DNA of 63,156 bases, filler included, from Chiloscyllium plagiosum (Eukaryota), in the NCBI RefSeq assembly GCF_004010195.1. It is 5 parts of 5 records of this genome, joined end to end, with 100 filler letters (N's around TTAATTAATTAA, not from the genome) between each part and the next. Parts side by side here need not be neighbours in the genome. Positions count along the whole stretch, not along the records: positions 58,368 to 63,156 come from NW_025196403.1; 4 more parts are not named here. The stretch is one strand, 5' to 3'. The notes under the pieces were generated by a model, which searched no databases, had not been told where the DNA came from, and saw only the letters and a program-made list of their open reading frames with translations. Of this stretch, positions 63,083-63,156 are shown in pieces. Positions within the stretch are counted from its first letter, which is position 1; each line of letters starts with the position of its first letter. Made by a program: the position numbers and the translations under genes.

Positions 63083-63156
63083 TTAAGTGTTAAGTCCCTT
63101 CACAAATATGGCTGCTGTTATGATTGTTATTTCTATTCAATTTAATCATTAGTTTG

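Overview
Cartilaginous-fish (shark, probably a carpet/bamboo shark judging by the Ig and SINE sequences) genomic DNA. It is not one contiguous locus: four artificial 100-bp linkers (44 N + TTAATTAATTAA + 44 N) join five unlinked scaffolds, each carrying part of an immunoglobulin cluster. S1 (1-21595) has an intact, unrearranged kappa (NS4/type III) V-12RSS...23RSS-J pair. S2 (21696-33554) has IgM CH1 (open) and CH2 (frameshifted). S3 (33655-40743, minus) has IgM CH3 (premature stop), CH4, a frameshifted secretory tail, and intact TM1/TM2. S4 (40844-58267, minus) has a kappa C exon with a frameshift and loss of the interchain Cys. S5 (58368-63156) has an intact leader plus IgM-type VH with a 23-RSS but no recognisable D or J in the following 1.5 kb. 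The rest is mostly decayed CR1/L2/RTE LINEs, HE1-type tRNA SINEs, a Gypsy gag-protease remnant, a hAT MITE, Penelope-type termini carrying minimal hammerhead ribozyme motifs, minisatellites and tandem duplications. I found no demonstrably new system. The best leads are the apparently orphan VH, the hammerhead motifs (one sense-oriented in the IgM membrane intron), possible exon-skipping rescue of the damaged C-mu genes, an EICE/RUNX/E-box cluster upstream of V-kappa, and a lone heptamer in the J-kappa intron. Repeat boundaries are approximate; Ig exon and RSS coordinates were read base by base.
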